A stretch of 64,000 nucleotides of DNA from Macrostomum hystrix (taxonomy: Eukaryota > Animalia > Platyhelminthes). How positions within the stretch are numbered: the first letter of the stretch is position 1; every line of letters starts with the position of its first letter. Below are positions 35,493-46,850 of this stretch, one piece after another. The notes under the pieces are model-generated. The model saw only the letters and a program-made list of their open reading frames with translations. It was not told the DNA's origin and did no database searches. The position numbers were made by a program, and so were the translations under genes. The stretch lies in contig CATNEN010000006.1 in NCBI GenBank assembly GCA_950097015.1, positions 186,001-250,000 on the forward strand, given 5' to 3'.

Positions 35493-38087
35493 CTACTCAC
35501 CGTACAAGAAGCTGGAGTTATCATAGGCTGTAGGATGCATTGCAATGTCCCGTTCACCGACAGGCTCAGTGTATGAGGCCCGCTCCGACTGGCGAACGTA
35601 CTCCTTGAACTCCTCCTCCTTGGCTTCGGCATTCGGATTGTGCCCCTGCTCGAGCTCCTTCTCCTCCAGGTGGTACGTCTTTGCCGGAGGTCTGTTCGCG
35701 AAATACACAACTAGTACCACCAAGACAATAATAAGAACAACACACACAACAATAATGACGATCATTATTGTCAGGTTTGCGCCAGACAAAGGTGGTTCAG
35801 GGCTTTTGAAGTCTAGGTTGACAGAAAGGAAGCTCAGACTGCCAGATGTGTCAAAGTCGGTCGAATAAAAGCACATTGGGTCAGCACGACAGTCCTTTGA
35901 ACCCAGAGCGACGACCGGAGCTCCATATCGACTCTTCAACATGTTGACGTTGCCCATGTCAGCTGCATTCTTGTAACGGAAGTTGAACACGGGCGTCAGG
36001 CTGCTTCGCTTCTGCAGCTCAGTGCGCACATCTTCTCGAGCGATGGGAAGTATTTGGTACGTGATGCTTGTGCCGTTCGACTTGATAACAGAAACAGTTT
36101 CATTCATCAGAATCCTGACGTCAGTGAGCAGGAAGTAGTCGATACGAAGAAACAGGTCCACATCGACCCCGATGTAAGATAGGTGTGCAGAGAACTCCGG
36201 GCTCAAAGCAAACTTGAATGTCGCGCCGTTACCAAGGTTGCACTTTTGAGTCACACAGTCATTGCTCGGGTCCAGCACAAAGCTGTCCTTCGTTGGACGA
36301 GGAACAAACACGACGTCACCACCAGTCTGGGCAGTATAGCTAGACATGCCCAGCTCCATGGCACCAGCACTGGGCACACTGGCGCTGCACAAGAATCTGT
36401 GAGTAAAGTTCGTGCCGAACGAAGCCTGTTGCGGAGGAACGCTTTCGATTGAAACATTCATCAGCTGAAATCCTGATCCCGCTGCTGGATAGCTGATGCC
36501 GACGGCTGAGCTTCCACTACGGCTAACACGCGAGTTGAAGGCCGCTAGATTCTGCTCGGCCCAATTCACGACACCGCCAGATACGGATGGTAAATAGAAT
36601 TTCGGATCCAACGACACTGAAGATCTCAGTCCGGAGAAACTCACGCCACAACTGTAGGACAAGCTCTCACCTTGCATGGCAAATACCTTCGGAGGCAATG
36701 TGCCACTATGGCCTCCGAAAGTGGTCGCGAATGTCGGCATGGACACGACAGATACGTAGAATGTAAAGCTGACACTTGCAGTCATTCCAGCTGTGCACCT
36801 GTACTCACCAGCCTGAATTGACGAGACATCTTTTGAAAACTCGATGATGTTTGATGTTCTTGAGATCCGGACACCTTGTGTTCCGAAATCACTCCAGTCG
36901 GATGATCTAGGTGGTATGAGTAGCTGACCGTTGCGATAAAAAGTAAACACTGTTGTCGGGTCACCGCAAATGATTGGGCATACCAACTGGGAACTGTCCA
37001 TTCCAGAGTAGATGGTAACATTTTCTTGAGTTCCACGCACCAACGTGCACGTTGAGCTCAGTGGATCGGGACACATTGTGTAGGAAAAGTCTGTACTTGG
37101 AATTCTACTTCGAACCTCGCTGATCTTTGAGTAGGGCACCACATCGCCAGAAAAGGACACGGATAAACATATTGCAATTTCAGAAGGGCTTCGCCTCTGA
37201 CTGTAGAATTCAGCAACCGACTGGTACAACTGGCACCTTGCATACCAAAGAATGCCAGTGGTTCTATCAAGAAACATTGTCTTCATTCTCTCCATTCCAA
37301 AACCCGAAATTTTAGAATCAAATGTCGTAAAAAGGAAGCTTCTGTCGTTCTGGACACTAGAGCAGCCACTCGGGTCAAAGTACAAAATGGCTCCCATATT
37401 GAGCTTGTGTCTGAAGAAACTTGGCGCTGATTGCAGAGCACTCACGATTCGGTTGTCCAGAAATGGAAAATTGTGAAAGTCACCTGTTCCGAGATTCATC
37501 CGAGTCATCAGCTGGATAGACGGCTCAGTGAGAAAATGACGCTGATATCCTGCTGGTGTTGGCGAATCTTGGGGGAAATCGCTGATTGGATCCAAGTTCC
37601 AAATAGACAGAGTGTTTGACGTGAGTACTCCGCCACCGGCATACTCCACCCTGGCTGTAATAATCACCTTGGATGAAAACACACCAGAGAATGGCACTGA
37701 AGAAGTCCCCATTCTAAGCTCGAATTCGTCAGTACTTGTCGACAACGATTTTAAACTAAATCGAATATCATTTGGGATTGTGCAAAGATCGGTGGAGGTG
37801 CTAGTTGTCAAGGAGGCCAGATCAACAGAATCTACAGTTGCTTTAGTGGGACAACTGACAAGCAGTGTTCGCTTAAGACCAGAGCCTCCAGGCACGCCAT
37901 CAACTCGCACCCTAAGAGTGAGTTTGCTATCTTTGCTGAGGAGTGCCATGGAGTTTTGCGATCCTGCCTCCCAGACATCACTCCAGACAAGTAGCAACTT
38001 TGATGCTTCAGAATACACAAACCGAGGCATTCGTTCACAATAGACTGACCAAGTCTGGAGACAAATTAACAGCAATAACAGTTTCAT
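35493..38087 (-). CDS. Ig-receptor family copy C4: 864-aa type I membrane protein
   Basis: Same architecture as C3; first 207 aa identical; distinct hypervariable loop and TM block. Confidence 0.92.
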   Translation of the reverse strand: MKLLLLLICLQTWSVYCERMPRFVYSEASKLLLVWSDVWEAGSQNSMALLSKDSKLTLRVRVDGVPGGSGLKRTLLVSCPTKATVDSVDLASLTTSTSTDLCTIPNDIRFSLKSLSTSTDEFELRMGTSSVPFSGVFSSKVIITARVEYAGGGVLTSNTLSIWNLDPISDFPQDSPTPAGYQRHFLTEPSIQLMTRMNLGTGDFHNFPFLDNRIVSALQSAPSFFRHKLNMGAILYFDPSGCSSVQNDRSFLFTTFDSKISGFGMERMKTMFLDRTTGILWYARCQLYQSVAEFYSQRRSPSEIAICLSVSFSGDVVPYSKISEVRSRIPSTDFSYTMCPDPLSSTCTLVRGTQENVTIYSGMDSSQLVCPIICGDPTTVFTFYRNGQLLIPPRSSDWSDFGTQGVRISRTSNIIEFSKDVSSIQAGEYRCTAGMTASVSFTFYVSVVSMPTFATTFGGHSGTLPPKVFAMQGESLSYSCGVSFSGLRSSVSLDPKFYLPSVSGGVVNWAEQNLAAFNSRVSRSGSSAVGISYPAAGSGFQLMNVSIESVPPQQASFGTNFTHRFLCSASVPSAGAMELGMSSYTAQTGGDVVFVPRPTKDSFVLDPSNDCVTQKCNLGNGATFKFALSPEFSAHLSYIGVDVDLFLRIDYFLLTDVRILMNETVSVIKSNGTSITYQILPIAREDVRTELQKRSSLTPVFNFRYKNAADMGNVNMLKSRYGAPVVALGSKDCRADPMCFYSTDFDTSGSLSFLSVNLDFKSPEPPLSGANLTIMIVIIVVCVVLIIVLVVLVVYFANRPPAKTYHLEEKELEQGHNPNAEAKEEEFKEYVRQSERASYTEPVGERDIAMHPTAYDNSSFLYGE

Positions 38088-41000
38088 CTTTGATTAGCAA
38101 CTGAAATTTTTTAACAGAACAGTACAGATTCTTGAATAAAAACTCAATGTTTAAAATAGAATATAAGTATACTTCATCTGCCAGGTTGTTTGCTTGCTGT
38201 TTCCTATTGAACTGTTGGTTTATACAAATATCTAGAATAGAATAAATAGTTAGTCTATTGTTTAGAAATGATTGTTAGGTCTTTTGCTATTTTTAGTAGA
38301 TTATAAAATAAAGTGAGTAATATTCATAGTCTACCTAATAAGCTACTTATTGTTATAAAGCCAGCTTTGACCTTACAAATTAGTTAAGTATAGACTAAAG
38401 TATAAATTATTGTTTGGAAACAAGGATGTTTATACTACAAGGTTTTGTGCTTTTATTAAAGAACAACAAAGATCTTGATCTAATTGAAAGAATAGAACAA
38501 AACTTGAATTTTTTAAACACAATATTACATGAGTCACTTGGGTTTATCAGAAGCAGTTCTCTAGTCTAGAATTCTGCCATAGCTATAGAAATAGCCACTG
38601 GAAGTTTCAGATAACAGAGAAAAGTGGTCATACCATAAAGTACTTGTAAGATAAGTTTAAGCTTTAGCTTCTATCTTGGCAGTGAAAATTTAGTTTTTTA
38701 GCTTGCTCTTAGGATATGCACACATAGGCACACAATGGAAATAAGTACTATCAAAAGGGGCACCTGCATTAACTAGTAAACCTTGACTTTGAGGTGTAGC
38801 AGGACCTATTGCTGGCAAACTTACTAGTTGGCAATGTCAAAGTGCCCTACAATCCTTGCATGCTGCTCTTAGATAGCTTCTTGACAACACATTTAAGGTT
38901 GTCAAAGAGCCTATCATGCAGTTGTATAGTATATACACCCCATGTAGAGCAAGGCTTGCACAGCAGAGTACAGCCTCTGCTTCATAATCATGGCTGTCCT
39001 TTGTGGTGCCAGAATGCTGAAGCTCTTTGTGATTATATTTTACATTGCTTCACTATACATTGTTTTTTTACATTGACAAAAACCTTAATTACTTACTAGC
39101 TAAATACTAGGCCTAATAGCTAGGCCTAAATTGCCTAATTGGGCTTTGGAGTTTGAAGCTTAGAATTTGAAGTCTAGTAAATAACATATTTATTAGGCAT
39201 AACAATAGATTTCACAGTTGTAATGTTTTTATATGTACGACTGATTTATAATTAAATAAATGAAGCTGTAATTGAAATCAATATATTAGCCTCTGTATAA
39301 GGAACAAAACAGCGATTATCTTATAGCCATACAAATTTTAATTACTAGTACTGAATCTAAATATTCCAGCTAGTCCTTAGTTCAAATATATATTAGGTCT
39401 ACTATTGATAGAATTCCAAAAAAGAAATATGTTCCTAAAAGAGCTTTACAGCAGCTTATAAAGAGTAGCCTGGAAAAGAGGTTTATGAGAAAGACGAAGG
39501 GGTAGGGTGTGACCTGCTTTTTTAAATCAAGGAAGTCGTAAATAATAAAAATGTTGCACTTAATACGGAAATGTTACTATAAAACTTGGTCTTCGAATAT
39601 CGCTATAAGTTTTCTGCTTTCCTGCTGCAATTAAACGTAAATAGCTAAGAAAGTGTTCGAAAAATCTCCAAACATTGCAGGTTTGTTTAAATCGCCACAG
39701 AAATACATAATATGTTTAAATTTGAACTGGCCATGAATGTGATGGTCCTACCTACGAGCGTTACGAGGTAGTTGAAAATCGGTTCTCACACGGCCTGGCT
39801 GAAAATGATCTCCATAATGTATATATTATAATACAATAATACTTCAACTTCCGTTTTTCCATATTCAGATCATAATTTACAAAAAAACTCAGCAGAAAAC
39901 GTATAAAAGTAACAAAATCCCATGTACATACTGTCGCCCCAAAGCAACTTGTCGAACAGTTTCGGCATCAAAGAAGACTAAGCTTGTGAATTTGTTTTGG
40001 CTATTCTATTTTATAAATAAATATATTTTATGTCATTATTTTTATTGTACGCCCTACAATATTGGTCTAAGCACATATTTAGCCTCAATTGTATCCCTCG
40101 CAACTAAGATGTCCCTGCCTTAATTAGGACAGCTTATAAAATTTAAAACACTTAGATTCACAAAAAAGCAGTTAAAGAGATTTATTATTCGACTTAACTT
40201 TTAGTCAGTTAAGTGCACAAAAATTGAACTCCTAACTTAAATATTTTCACCAAGATTCTTTGCGCTTAGAACCTATAATTCAACGTCATATTATATTTAC
40301 TATGTCTGCGCTATTATGGATTGCATCGAGGGTTATAAACATTTTTCATTGAATTTTCTAATTAAAAAGAACACGAAAGTAAGGTAAATCCGGAAACATT
40401 TGTGATTTTTATCTCAAATTATATACTTTGTACGCAATGGAGAGAGAGTCATTTCGGGACAAAAAACTAAAGGTAAATTCACTTGAAAAATTCAGATTGC
40501 AAGTGCAGTCTTACTAGATGACTAAGGGAATCACGATTAATAAAAGGCCCATCTGCAAATAGTTCACAAAATTTCCCAAGCGTAGAATAATTTTTGTCTA
40601 CAATAAAGGGAAGTAATTATATATATACTCGTGTTTTTAAATCGAACTCTCCACTCGCTGCCAAGGACAAGTAATTAAGTAGTCTGTTACTACTGCTACA
40701 TACGCTCGCTTCTATGTTACTTGAGTAGTCCTTGCTCGCTTCGTCAACAATGAAGCTCTAAGCTATTTCCTGACTTCACTACTCAAACAGCACGCATAAG
40801 AGTACGTGTCCTTCATCGATCGCATCGAATCTACTGCATAAGGTTAGCCCTAAAATTTTATGCCGACTTTTTCGGAAGTCTTTGCTAATAAAAAAAGTAA
40901 TTTTATGAATTTTTAATTCATTTTTTTAGCTTGATACAATTCGCACTTCAGCCCATGAAGCCACAAAGCTTAAGTGCACTCATAGTTTGGTCGGCTTGTC

Positions 41001-41163
41001 CCGAAATTTATGAGTAAATTGTCCACAACTTGGAAATGTTAAAAAATTGAAGAAATCAACTTTTTGGGAATGTCAAAATATCGAATATCAAATAGCAAAT
41101 ATAACAGATCACTAACACCACCGTGATGCCAATCTCGATTGACTAGTTACACCCAAGGTCAGC

Positions 41164-41729
41164 CTACTTAGCCCGCCTGATTCTCGACACAAAGACGCCG
41201 CTGAGGATAAAGTAGACGGCCGTCACGGAGAACAGGATGACGTAGCCGAGGCCGGAGGCGCAGTCCAGCCTCTGGAAGGCGTCCAGAATAAGTCCGCCGA
41301 TGGGCACGGCCAGGGCCTGCGGCAGCACCAGCGCCTGGGTAGGAGCAGGGTGAGGATGTTAAGGAAATTTTTATTTAGGAAAAAATTACGAACTGACTTT
41401 GCATCAATACAACACAAAAGCAAGCTGGACTACTAAAGGGGGTCGGTAGCAGAGCGTTTAAGTTTGATTCCACGGCGAGGCCGCATTTATTTGGGGCGCA
41501 GCCACGGAGCTTGTCATGCAATGTACGCCCTTGAGGGCCAACCTCCAAGGCATAGTGAAAGTGTACACTGCGTGACGATGAGAAAGTCAGGGCAGATGTA
41601 AACACCTGTGTGAGCGTATGCCTGCGTACAGTATCTGTGTGCGTGTGTGCTCAGGATTGGGCAGAATTGCCTCCTCGCTGACAGCGCGTCTAGTGTCACC
41701 AAATGATGTGCTGTCCACAGCTCTACTGC

Positions 41730-41763
<34 letters not shown>

Positions 41764-44700
41764 AGGACTACTAAAGCTAACTACTAGTGGAGCGCTAGGT
41801 TAAGTTAAGTTAAGTTATTTACCTGCTGCCAGACTGCAATGTCCCTCGACTTGTCATTCTCATCCGGCAGCACGTCCATCAGCAAGGCGAAGTCCACGGC
41901 CTGGTAGGCTCCAAACGAGAAGCCGAACACGACAGCCACGCCAGTTGCTATGAAGAAGGCCAGCGGGCCGCGCAGGCAGGCGAGCAGGGTGGAGCAGCCG
42001 CCCATGAGCAGCGAACCGCACATTATCAGCGGCTTCCTGCGCCCGATCCTATCCGACAGCAGGCCGCAGCAGACCGAGCTATCAGAGGTGCAGGCGTGGG
42101 TCCAAGTGTTGGCTACCTGCTTAGCTACATAAAAGTATATTTGTTTATCTTCTACATTTGAAAACTCAATGCGTTTTTCCGGAGCACAGGTCTACAACAT
42201 TTTTATCTAGACATCTAGACCAATAGTCACACATGAAAGCAGAATTCGCCAAAAGTGCAGAACAGAATTACGAGCGTAGTAGAAAACGAAACGAAATGCA
42301 CTGCCTCAAATTCTCGAATACTATTGCTAAAATGTGACTCGTAGCTTGTAGAAACTCGTATTTTTATATTGGGCGTTTGTTGAGCAATTTAAGCCGACCC
42401 TCAGCCAAGGTGGAACAATTCGTGTCCTTAACAGTAGAACTACCAAAGGGGAATAATTCCCTCTGACAGTTTTTGTGCTGCACCCGAACGGAGCAACGCA
42501 AGCACACGAAGCTCAAGAACACGGGCTAAATTTTGTTGCGCGTCTTTCGAAACAATAATCAAGTCGCCAGCTCCTCAGAACGTCGAGATATTCAATGGAA
42601 TCATTCAATATCCCATAAGCGCTAGTGTATTTCATACACCCCTATACACGAATTAGCACTGTGCCTCAGTGCGGCCTTCCCAGGCGTTAAAAATTGATCA
42701 TCATGTCACCCGAATGTGCCTGCATCATCTCCGTCTTTGGTGATCACATACCTTTATCCAAACGGATTTGCTGGACCTTCAAGGGCCACAACAGGTGGAA
42801 ATAGGCCACTATGGAACCCTGACGCGAATTTCTCCAATTTCACTGATCAAGCCAAAATACTAGGCGCACCTCAACCACAGGACACCATCGCCTAGTCTGT
42901 CAACCAATCAGTCACCACCCATCGCTGTTAGCATTTAAGCGCTGCCAAAAAAAATTCAAAACTTCTCACAAAACGGCCGGGAATTCCCCCCTTTTGGTAT
43001 AAAAAAGAGCGGCATAATGGCTAGTCCTACTGTTAAGCAAGGTACTTTCTACGACAGAATTAGCAAGGACTACTTAACAGTGTTTTTTAGTAGTCATTGA
43101 GAATTAGCTGTTCGTAACTCGATCACTCTGTTGATGCATTAGAAATTTTGGTGAATGGGGCAGGCTGCTCGGTCAGCTTTTGAATGCGACAAGAATTAGC
43201 TGCGGCTGTGCTGCACCGTCTGCCACCGGCTCTCGTAGATTTTTTATGTTTTTTTTCGAGTATCCAGTTTCTATCTACTTTGGACTTACTTGCGAACGCA
43301 TCGGCATCGTTTCGAACCTTTAGTACACCCCTAGTACACCCTTAATACAATATCATCAACAATATTAGCAACAGTAATAATGGTTGCATGATGAAATTTT
43401 GCGAGCAAAAAACTATGCCTATTGGTGGTTTTTGCCACTTGACAACCCGACGAAATCGTTGAATATCTCGACGATGCCGATGTTTTGTGATTCTGGAAGC
43501 TGTTTCATCTCAGTCCGTGTTCTGGATTTCGATGGTAATTGGTTGAATACTTTCTACTGTTAAATGACGTTCAAATGCTGATAAGCACGCATTGGTGAGT
43601 TCATTTGTCCCGAATTAGCCAAAGGAAAATGAGAACTTACGACAATGCGGCCGTGCAGAGCAGAGGAATGAGCAGCATGGAGACACCCTTAGTTGGATTC
43701 CAGCACTGCGGCAGGTTCACCATGTCAGCCAGCCAGTACTCCAGAAAACTGCGAATCAAATTTAAAAAAGTTAGCATTTATGACTCAAATAACCGAATTG
43801 ACTCTGACTGCTGACTGGCGCTCACCCCACTGTAGTAGAAAGGCCCTGCTGCATCAGGAAGCGCGTTACGAAAACCCAGCGGAAGTCGTGCTCTGAATCG
43901 GCATAGAAGGACAATTGATACTGTTGCGAACTTACTCAGAAACAGCATATAAACTGTCTTGATCAACCTCACCTTGTAAAGGAAGCCAGAAGCCTACGAG
44001 GATGTCTTTGCAGTCTAGAACAAAGCGCAGAAGGCAAAGCTTATAGAAAAAATGTTTATTTTGTTGTGTTCATTCTTATGAACTCACGCAATGGCTCATG
44101 GAAGTCCTTCGATGGCGGCTCATCCACGGACAGTACAGTGATAGCCACGCACAGTACTAGTATGCAGATTACGACCACATAGAGACCAACGATGCCCAGA
44201 ACCTGAAGTGTTATAGTTTGTGTTGTGAAGTGACTTGCTAAGGTTCTCATGGCCACCGTTTTGATTATTATTATTCTTATTATTATTTCATGCATTTGTA
44301 TCACTTATTACTAAGGGGGTTGGTGGCAGAGCGGTTAACGCGTTTGCCTCTCATACCAATGTCCCTAAGTTCGATTCCACGACGAGGCCGCATTTATTTG
44401 GGGCGCAGCCGCGGAGAGAAGGCTTGGGGGCTTGTCGTGCAATTTACGCCCTTGAGGGCCAACCTTCAAGGCAAAGTGAAGTGTACACTGCCTGACGATG
44501 AGAAAGTCAGGGCAAATGTACACACCTGTGTGAGCGTGTGCTTTCGTACAGTATCTGTGTGCGTGTGTGCTCAGGAGTCAGCGGAATGGGCAGAATTGCC
44601 TCCTCGCTGGCTGCGGGTCTAGTGTCACCAAATGATGGACCACTGTTCGCAGCCCTCTTGAAATTATTTTATCACTTATTAGTCACTATTATTTGGCTTG

Positions 44701-46850
44701 CTGCAAATATTCTATGTATTTTTCAGTTTTTATAAATATACTTGTATAAGCACAAGCGGCACTGAGGCAAGCAAGAAAAATTATGGCCTATGCCACAAGC
44801 GTAAGCCTTAATCAGGCGTCTGGGGGGTCATGACTCCCTTGACCCCCATGGCTACACCACTGGTTGTTAATATATTTTCTTAACGGTATCCTGGATGTCT
44901 ATTTGATCCATGCAATAGCAACATACGAGTTCATGATTGAGACTCACATTTAGAAAGATTCCAATGGCCGCGCCAGAGATGTTGCCAAGAAGGATCATTC
45001 CACCCATCACACCAGAACTCAGTCCTGTTCAGTCCAACGAATATAATGTTTGTTTGTTTCAACTATTACAGCCCAGTCTTAAATGTTACTAAACGTTTTG
45101 ACTTTGCTTTTCACCTCTCTGCGATGGATGAGCCATGTCCGCAACCAGAGCATTGTACGGTGTGATGGTACACACGTAGGACACTGTCACTACGAAGTAG
45201 AATGGAATGAAAAGACCTGCAAAAAGGAAAATAAATTTCGATAAAAACTGAGGCTCTCGGGAGCACAGCATTCAGATCCCACAGGCGCAGCTTCGAGGTC
45301 CTCACCGAGGCTGCCAGTCAGAGTTTCGTCGTCGACATCAACGCTAATATCTTTAGCGTCCAGAGCCAGCTTCTTGTTATGGAAATCTTTCAGGTAGGGA
45401 TTCGGGTGGGACCCGTTACCGAAGTAGTATGGTCTACACCTGACTGCAACTAAGTCCACGTTACACTGTGGAAGTTTAAAAATGTAATAATTTACAGTCC
45501 GTGGAAACAACTTGGAATTTCGAATCGGCTAGAGAGAGGCAACGTGACCATATTAGCTTACCATTCCGTTTTCGTCTACACTTTGACTTCCATTCGTTCC
45601 AATCGATATCCTTTTGCTGCAAAGAAGAAGCAGTTTCGAAATTTAACAGAAGGATTTTTTTTATTTCTCAAGAAAAGTTAAAAATGCTCACAAATGAACG
45701 TCAGGAGCACTGAGTGCCATGCCGAGCAGACCGATGCTGAAATCAAACGAGTTGAGTTATGTGATGTCTGCTTTGGTGTGTGGTGTCAAAACGCGTGCAT
45801 TTCACTAGTCGCACCCCGGCTCACCACAGACAGAGTGTGGACACGACCATCACTGGTCGGCGCCTTCCAAACCGAGTCGCCAGCCTGTCGCTTTTCATTC
45901 CGACCAGCGGGCCGCACAGCAGCGTTAGCAGGGCTCCGCCCGCCACCATGCCGCCGAGGACGCTGCCCTTGCTGCCGGAGCCGACCATCGCCTGCACCTG
46001 AGCTGGCAACACTGTGGAGGACACGCACTTTTCAGTTAGGTAATCTGGTATATAGATGCCATAGGTATCACAAATACTAGATTATTTGGTAGTCTTCTAG
46101 TGCGGTGTCTGTTCTGTGTCTAGTTGAGTGCCCAGTACGTATCGAGCTAGGTTTTCTTGTAGGTACCGAGCTAGGTTGTCTAGTAGGTATCGAGCTAGGT
46201 TTTCTAGTAGGTATCGAGCTAGGTTTTCTAGTAGGTATCGAGCTAGGTTTTCTAGTAGGTATCGAGCTAGGTTGTCTAGTAGGTATCGAGCTAGGTTGTC
46301 TAGTAGGTGTCGAGCTAGGTTAAACAGTTAGGCAGTCTCTTAGGCAAAGAACTGTGCTAGATCACTCAGTATTTGCTTTTTGTGCTAGGTCCCATCGTCT
46401 TGCCTTCAACGGACAGCAGCAGGAACATGAGGTTCAAGCCCAAGAAGGAGATGTTCAGTGGTAAAATGAGTCGCCTAGGCAGCGGCTTGACTGGCCGGCC
46501 GTTTTCAAACTGGAAGCCGTCACTAATGTCGTCAGGAACAACTGCTGGATCAGCCGCCGAGGAACTTCTGAAATAATCGTTTTCGAAACAGCTTTATTCA
46601 CGACAAGCCACCAAGCCTTCAAGCGCATCCGCGCCGCAAATGAATCGTCGTGGAATCGAGCTCGATGACCTTGGTGCGAGAGCCAAACGCGTTCGACCCA
46701 CTCACCCCAAACGGAAGTCAAGGGAATGATCACTAAGGCTCCTTACCCGCGCTCCTCCGTGTACATCTCCTGGAGCTGGGCGCCCCTGACCTGCAGCTGG
46801 TGTCGCTCCGCATCTGCCTCGGTCTGGGACTCGCCTGGTGGAAGCTGCAT
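41164..46850 (-). CDS. Major facilitator superfamily transporter (SLC45/sucrose-symporter-like motifs), 13 exons, about 529 aa
   Basis: Phase-consistent exons 46747-46850, 46404-46567, 45825-46011, 45700-45736, 45306-45465, 45115-45216, 44948-45024, 44088-44202, 43973-44014, 43826-43892, 43641-43748, 41823-42078, 41164-41334 (1590 nt). Motifs SDRLATRFGRRRP and LSDRIGRRKP. The exon 4/5 junction has an alternative in-frame solution (45692/45439). Confidence 0.9.
41440..41762 (+). mobile_element. tRNA-derived SINE family B, in the last MFS intron
   Basis: ggtagcagagcg..gtttgattcc head; body cttgagggccaacc..gacgatgagaaagtcagggc; (TAT)n tail. Confidence 0.88.
44316..44670 (+). mobile_element. tRNA-derived SINE family B (intronic)
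   Basis: ggtggcagagcggttaacgcg..gttcgattcc; same body as 41440, 50925 and 52790. Confidence 0.9.
46139..46321. repeat. 24-bp minisatellite (AGGTATCGAGCTAGGTTTTCTAGT)n, about 7.5 units, in MFS intron 2
   Basis: Direct tandem units with TTTT/TTGT variants. Confidence 0.95.

Larger units (their letters stand above)
16311..40835. repeat. Direct tandem segmental duplication: unit A about 16311-33731 (C3, with TE insertions), unit B about 33732-40835 (C4)
   Basis: Colinear matches: 16311/33732, 17020/35375, gene bodies, 19793/38088, 21575/38745, 22480/38996, 23745/39755, 31850/39850, 33590/40700. Confidence 0.9.

Noticed and set aside
7210-38043. Recurrent antisense ORFs inside C2-C4
   Set aside because: Shadows of the conserved sense CDS; their conservation is explained by the paralogy.
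46105-46331. ORFs with GIELGFLV / SSRYRARF repeats
   Set aside because: Translation of a 24-bp minisatellite lying antisense inside an MFS intron.
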